Shown here in pieces: positions 58,584 through 64,000 of a stretch of DNA of 64,000 nucleotides. Made by a program: the position numbers and the translations under genes. The notes under the pieces are model-generated. The model was not told where the DNA came from. It ran no database searches and saw only the letters and a program-made list of their open reading frames with translations. The stretch's first letter is position 1. Every line of letters begins with the position of its first letter. This stretch comes from an uncultured Chloroflexia bacterium (GTDB lineage Bacteria > Chloroflexota > Chloroflexia > QHBQ01 > JAICKM01), in contig CAWARZ010000006.1 of NCBI GenBank assembly GCA_963784695.1, forward strand, positions 545,282-609,281, read 5' to 3'.

Positions 58584-61500
58584 ATGAACACGCCCTCGGC
58601 CGGTATTTCCTCCCCCGACTCCGCCCGCCCGTACGCGACGGCTCCTGCTCCTGGTGTAGCACCAGCCTATGTCTTTGCGGCGTTGGGAGTGCTCTTGTTG
58701 CTGTTAGTGGTGCTTTCACAGGTGTTCCCAGCAACGAGCACCGCTGCCGCCGCTGCAGCGCCGGCGATTGGCGCTGTGCCAGGGCAAGCCAGGCAAGATT
58801 CAGCGTCCAGAAACCAACCGCGCGTTCAACTCTTCCAGGTCAGTGGACCTCCGGTGCGCGTTGTGTCGGCAGCCCGCGACTACCAACCGGCGTACACCGC
58901 CACCGCCACGCCGTCGAGTACCCCGACCGCCTGGCGCACACCGACGAGCACGCCGGAATCGGGCGGGGCGGCTTCTCTTGACACGCTTGCCGGCACCGCG
59001 GTTCCGTTGCTGCTCATCGACGTTCACGGCCAGTTCTTTGCTAATCCTGACAACAGCCAGGATTTCAATATCGGCCCCTCGGCCACTCCGCCAACCCCCC
59101 TCTTCGAGCAGGACTTCCCGCTGATCGACTTTAACCCACCCATTGTCGCCCACGTACCTTGCATCCCCACGCCTTACGTCTACAGCAGCACCCATCCTTT
59201 CACGGACGTCATTCTCAACGCGCCGGGGCTGCCGTGCGCCTATCAAACAGCCGGAGCCGTGGTCTCCGGCACCCCCGTCATCCTGGCGCCCACGCCCAAC
59301 ACCCCCTTTCACGCGGTCTACACCGGCCAGTTGTATGTGGGCGAAGCGGGCGCGGTTACGTTCGATTTCTGGTCGGATGATGGCTGGATCCTCGGCATCG
59401 GGCCGGAAGTCTACGTGACCGGCACGCCTCCTCAGCCGACGTACACGGCCGGGGTGGTGGTCCCGCCCTGGCCGGCCACCGGGACCCCGCCGCCTCACAG
59501 TCCCTTCTACAACTATTTGGTCGTGGGGCGCGCGGACGATTCGCATGGGCCGGACGGGGAGAATTTGACCGTGAACTTCCCAGCGGCCGGTTATTACCCT
59601 TTTGAATTAGATTACACCGAATGCTGCCAAGATCCGCTGACGCTCGTCATGGGGAGCGACGGCATCCCGATCTTGCAGGGGCCAAGCGTCACCGTGACCC
59701 CTACCTTCACCTGTGTGCCTGGCCCCTACTGGTGCGGAGGGAGCGGAGAAGATCCGTATGGCGCCAATTCGTTGGCAGCGATTGCGGCGGTCGACTCTGC
59801 GGACGTGTGGGCGGGGGGATCGCACGTCGATCTTACCCCGGGCAGCGGGCACACGCTGCTGGAGCACTGGGATGGGCAGCGCTGGATCATCCCCAGGATC
59901 CCCAGCACCCGACATCGGTCCGATCAACGCGCTCGCGGTGGCGCCGGATGCGACCCAGGTGTGGGCGGCGAGCGACACAAGCATTATCGGTTGGGACGGC
60001 ACGGCGTGGAGCACGCCATACCCCGCAACGCCGGGCGTCAAGGCACTGGCCGCACGCGCGGCGGACGACGTGTACGCTGCCGGCGGCACGGTGGTGCAAC
60101 GGTGGGCGGGGAGCGCGTGGGCACAAGTGACCACGGCTCCGGCCGGCGCCAGCCTGAACGGGGTGGCGGTCGCGAACGATGGGACAGCGGATCGCGTGCT
60201 CGCCGTCGGCAGCAACGGATCGCAGCCGTTCTCCATGCACAAGGGGCCGAGCAGTTGGTCCACCCCGCCCGTGCCCACGCCGACCGGCGTGGTCGTGAAC
60301 TCGGCCGTCCTGGCCGGCGTGGACTACCTGCACGAGGGCGCAGACGGGGCGAGCGCCTGGGCAGTGGGCAGCTACTTCGACCTTTACAACCAACCCCACG
60401 CCCTGACCGAATACTGGGACGGCAGCGCTTGGACGCTGGTGCCCAACCCCGCGGCGAGCTCCTATTCCAGCAGCAAGCTGACACACGTCTGGATCGACGC
60501 ATCGGGGGACGTCTGGGCGGCCGGCTGGGGAACCACGGTCTCCGGCGGGGATGCCCGCCCAAGGGGCGGAGCACGGTCATCTTGCGCTGGGCCGACTACG
60601 AATGGATCCAGGACACCACTGCCAACCTCGGAAACGGTAGCGAACTACTCGCCAACACGGCAACGGATCCCGCGATCAGCCTATGGGCGGCAGGCGACTA
60701 CGCCGACCCGGCCGCGGGGCAGCAGACCCTCGCCGAGCGGATCGTGGCGCCCACGCCGGTTGGGGTCACGCGCAGCTACTACGAGAGCCAGGTTGACATT
60801 GCCACACACACCGCCCAGGGCTGCAGCGCTGCCCGCACGCCAATCAGCGGGCTGGTCGTGCTGGATTACGGCCAGCCTTGGGTACGACGCGAGCAATGGA
60901 TACGGCACCAGGCTCATACCACCGTTTGGCATAACCGTCACACCGACGTTTGTACCAATGAATCAAATTGAGGCAGCTGTTGGCGCATTCGCTGCGGGCT
61001 TACAACGATTGCGCGTACTCCTAGAGCGGCCAGCAAATCATAGTGGTAGCCGGCGTGAACAACAGCTATTCGAGTCTACCTGAATAGCGACTCACGGCAG
61101 GGCAATGGGCGCAGTATGCTCAAGGAGCCTCCAAGCGACAATCACGCCTATTGCGCGCGAGGTTTCACTGGCGGGAGGCATTGACGCAGAGCCCGGCGAG
61201 GACTTTGATCCGGACGTACACATCAACGGCCGACTGGGTCAGCGGCTTCCTCGCGGGCGGCAAGTCGTTCCTATACGATTTTGGTTCACCTGACACCTAT
61301 CCATATAGGCCGACACCGGGCCCGTTGACGCCGACGCCGGTACTGACGGCGCGGCCGTGGGCCAACTCCTGACGCAGTGGACTACCGATCAGTACTACGC
61401 AATCTCATATGGTATGTCTCTCCGGCCGTGTGTTTGCGCTGCCGCAGAGTATACAAGTCGATAAAGCGCTGGATGGTGGTATGATATCGCCCGAGCCGGA

Positions 61501-61690
61501 GTGGACCTTCACGGACACGAAGATTGTCATTCGGCGGGCCGACGGGTAGCCAGGGAGACCAGCTTGGATTACCGAGATGCGTGGCCTGTATTATGGACCG
61601 CAATAGATGGGGATGCATCAACAGCGCAGAACTCTCTTTATTCGACACTTATGACGCACGACTATGCCCCGCCTCCGTGATATTCAATGA
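58584..61690 (+). pseudogene. Large secreted multidomain protein (PA14-like domain, WAVG/EHWDG propeller repeats, C-terminal putative hydrolase-like domain) broken by many frameshifts
   Basis: TM segment; FHAVYTGQLYV...FDFWSDDGW...GYYPFELDYTECC. Frame changes at ~59892 (CCCC), ~60548 (GGGG), ~60880 (GGG) and several more. Later fragments LVVLDYGQPW, AGVNNS, AGGIDAEP, FLYDFGSPD, WTTDQYYAISYG. The 3' end is approximate. Confidence 0.6.
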
Positions 61691-61857
61691 AGCCCGTTTG
61701 CACGGACTTCTGACAGACCGCCGTCGCAGGGTGGCTGCAAGGGCTCGGCCCAGTGACTCCGATTCCTGACGCGCACGGTGCATTTGCCTTCGCGGTGCGT
61801 CCTCGTCGGAAGTCCGTTTGGCGGCGCTGCGCGTTTACCAGGACAGGAGGAACTAGC

Positions 61858-62644
61858 ATGGAGAAGAGTTGCCCCGAGCTTACATTCGCGCGATTGCCGT
61901 AGGGCCGCTCCTGCTCGCGCACGTTGCTGGCTGTCTGTTCGATCATCGCGTGCGGCCAGATCGGCGACTCCCGCCCAAGCCCCCGGGACGCCGACGATCG
62001 AGCTACCGGCCGCTACAGCACCGCCGACCCAGTCCCCGGTCGTCACCGTTACTCCCGACCTGGCTGCGACCGCGACCCAGGTGACCTGGGACGAGTACAG
62101 CGTCGGAGTCCCGCGGGCTCGTTCTGGGACCCCACGTATGCGGCAGGCGCCACGGAGACGAGTCGCCGCTGGGACCAGCACCTGACGGAAACGGCGCTCA
62201 CTCCCACTGATACGCCCTGGCCCACGCAGCCCTACTGGACGCCCAACCCTACCGCCACCTTCTTTGTCGGTAAGATCACCGAAATGGGCTGTGTGACGCG
62301 CCCCGCCTACGGGGACGCCCCGCAGTTCAACAGCTGCTGGCGGACCCTGCTCGCCGGCCAGTGGTACTTTGTGGCCGCGGGCTGGGATGACTACGACGGG
62401 CCCCGGCCGTCGCTCTTGCAGAAGAGCCTGCTGGAAGTCTGCCCCGAGCCCTGCCCGTCACGCGTGGGGTGGGACCCCGCGGATGCTCTACCGGCCGCCC
62501 TGGAACGTGGGTGAGCTGCGCGTCGTGAGCATCACGGACGGGTTGGTGACCATGGAGCCGCGCGATCCGGCCCAGCACGCGGTCTTCGTCTTCGATATCC
62601 CCAACCGCCAGTGGTTGCCGCCCGCCGCCACGCCGACGCCGTAG
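61858..62644 (+). pseudogene. Lipoprotein paralog A (multiple frameshifts)
   Basis: RBS AGGAGG; lipobox-like IIACGQ; shares TPWPTQPYWTPNPTATFFVG...PQFNSCWRTL...WNVGELRVVSITDG with copy B; split over several frames. Confidence 0.65.
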
Positions 62645-63548
62645 CGGGGGACGCGCCCGGTTATCACGGAGAGGACGCCCCGGCATGGATACGAACCGCG
62701 CCAGCGCGCATACACGTGCCGTCGGGCCACTCCTGCTTACAGCCGCCGCCGTATGCCTACTGATCGTCGGGTGTGGGCAGGCGGGGAGTCGCCTGCAGGC
62801 GCCGGAGATCCCGACGGCCGAGCTCCGCCCGCAACGGCTCCGCCAGCGCTATCACCAATCGGCACCGTTACACCGGATGTAGCGGCTACGCAGACCGAGG
62901 TTGCCCTAGAGGAGTTCATGGCCGGGGCCCCTCCGGGTTTCTTCTCAAATCCGACGGCGGCCGCTGTCGCTACGGAAACTAATCATCGCTGGAACGCGTT
63001 CCTGACCGAGATCGCGCTCACGCCCACCGAGACGCCCTGGCCCACCCAGCCGTACTGGACGCCTAACCCCACCGCTACCTTTTTCGTGGGCCAGATTACG
63101 GAAATGGGCTGTCGTGATGCGGCCCGCCTACGGGGCCGCCCCGCAGTTCAACAGCTGCTGGCGGACCCTGTTCAACGGCCAATGGTACTTCGTCGCCGGC
63201 GGCTGGGACGGCTATGACGGGCCGCGCCCGTCACCACTGCAGAAGAGCCTGCTGGAAGTCTGCCCAGAGCCATGTCCCGAGCGCGTGGGTGCGAACCCCG
63301 CGGTCCTGTACCGGCCGCCGTGGAACGTGGGTGAGCTGCGCGTCGTGAGCATCACGGACGGGTTGGTGACCGTGGAGCCGCGCGATCCGGCCCAGCACGC
63401 GGTCTTCGTCTTCGATATCGCCCGCCGCCAGTGGCTGCCGCCCGCCGCCACGCCGACGCCGTAGCGGGGGACGCGCCCGGTTATCACGGAGAGGACGCCC
63501 CGGCATGGATACGAACCGCGCCAGCGCGCATACACGTGCCGTCGGGCC
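62490..63548. repeat. Direct repeats with an 820-bp period in the lipoprotein array
   Basis: 62490-62728 and 63310-63548 are almost identical, including the intergenic spacer and the next start region. Confidence 0.9.
62685..63464 (+). CDS. Lipoprotein paralog B (two compensating frameshifts, ~62825 and ~63112)
   Basis: MDTNRASAHTRAVGPLLL...LIVGCGQ lipobox, Pro/Thr linker, Cys-containing C-terminal domain. Confidence 0.7.
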
Positions 63549-64000
63549 GCTCTTGCTCACGCTCGCGGCCACCTGCCTGCTAGTTATCGCCTGCGGGCAG
63601 GCGGCGAGTCCGCCCCAGGCTCCCGGAACGCCCGCGGTCGAGCTACCGGCAGCAACGGTACCGCCGACCCAACCACCGGTCGTGACAGTTACCCCAGACC
63701 TCGCCGCTACGGCAACTGAGGTGGACTTGGAAGAGTTCGCGGCTGGGGCGCTTCAGGGTTCTTTCTCGAACCCGGTATATGCAGAGGCGGCTACAGAGAC
63801 AGTCCGGCACTGGAACCAACACCTGACGGAAACCGCGCTCACCCCCACCGCGACCCCCTGGCCCACCCGCGCCCCGACGACGCCGGAGCCCACCGCCACC
63901 TTCTTCGTCGGCATGATCACGGATTCGCGCTGTGTGCGTCCGCTCTCGAGCAACGCGCCGCAATTCAACAGTTGTTGGCGGACCCTGCTCGGTGGCCAGT
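63505..64000 (+). CDS. Lipoprotein paralog C (runs off the window; intact frame so far)
   Basis: MDTNRASAHTRAVGPLLLTLAATCLLVIACGQ...ELPAATVPPTQPPVVTVTPDLAATAT...PQFNSCWRTLLGGQ. Confidence 0.75.
   Translation, partial: MDTNRASAHTRAVGPLLLTLAATCLLVIACGQAASPPQAPGTPAVELPAATVPPTQPPVVTVTPDLAATATEVDLEEFAAGALQGSFSNPVYAEAATETVRHWNQHLTETALTPTATPWPTRAPTTPEPTATFFVGMITDSRCVRPLSSNAPQFNSCWRTLLGGQ

Overview
High-GC bacterial chromosomal segment, most likely Chloroflexota. This is inferred from the Cys-looped SLH proteins, Gram-positive-type LexA boxes and a sortase-type sorting signal. From left to right: (1) 1-9.2 kb: housekeeping and cell-envelope genes (uvrA, a CHAP amidase, a HAD hydrolase, a TPR protein, miaB, an SH3 membrane protein, a sortase-type surface protein). 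(2) 9.6-17.3 kb: two paralogous giant SLH surface proteins. (3) 17.8-36.5 kb: a glycan biosynthesis and decoration cluster with GT4, GT2 and GT-C transferases, four SAM methyltransferases, SGNH, PIG-L and GNAT enzymes, a GDP-heptose-type module and an O-antigen-ligase-family protein; it also holds a small SEC-C gene split by two +1 frame changes. (4) 36.6-37.3 kb: two tandem copies of an unexplained ~145-nt structured non-coding transcription unit, each with a sigma70 promoter, DnaA-box-like sites and a terminator, and no downstream ORF. (5) 37.4-46.2 kb: DUF4190, roadblock, recR, an SOS-boxed radical SAM gene, pyrD, a ThrE-type exporter, a PHP/PimA-like/PIP-synthase-like operon and tRNA-Ala(CGC). 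(6) 46.3-64 kb: an island-like accessory region with IS remnants, a third SLH paralog, an ECF sigma module, a ClpN-decarboxylase fusion, an HNH nuclease, a large frameshifted secreted protein and a tandem lipoprotein array. Many single-base frameshifts, mostly insertions, suggest uncorrected sequencing errors, especially after 59.8 kb. All assignments come from motif reading only; no database searches were run.
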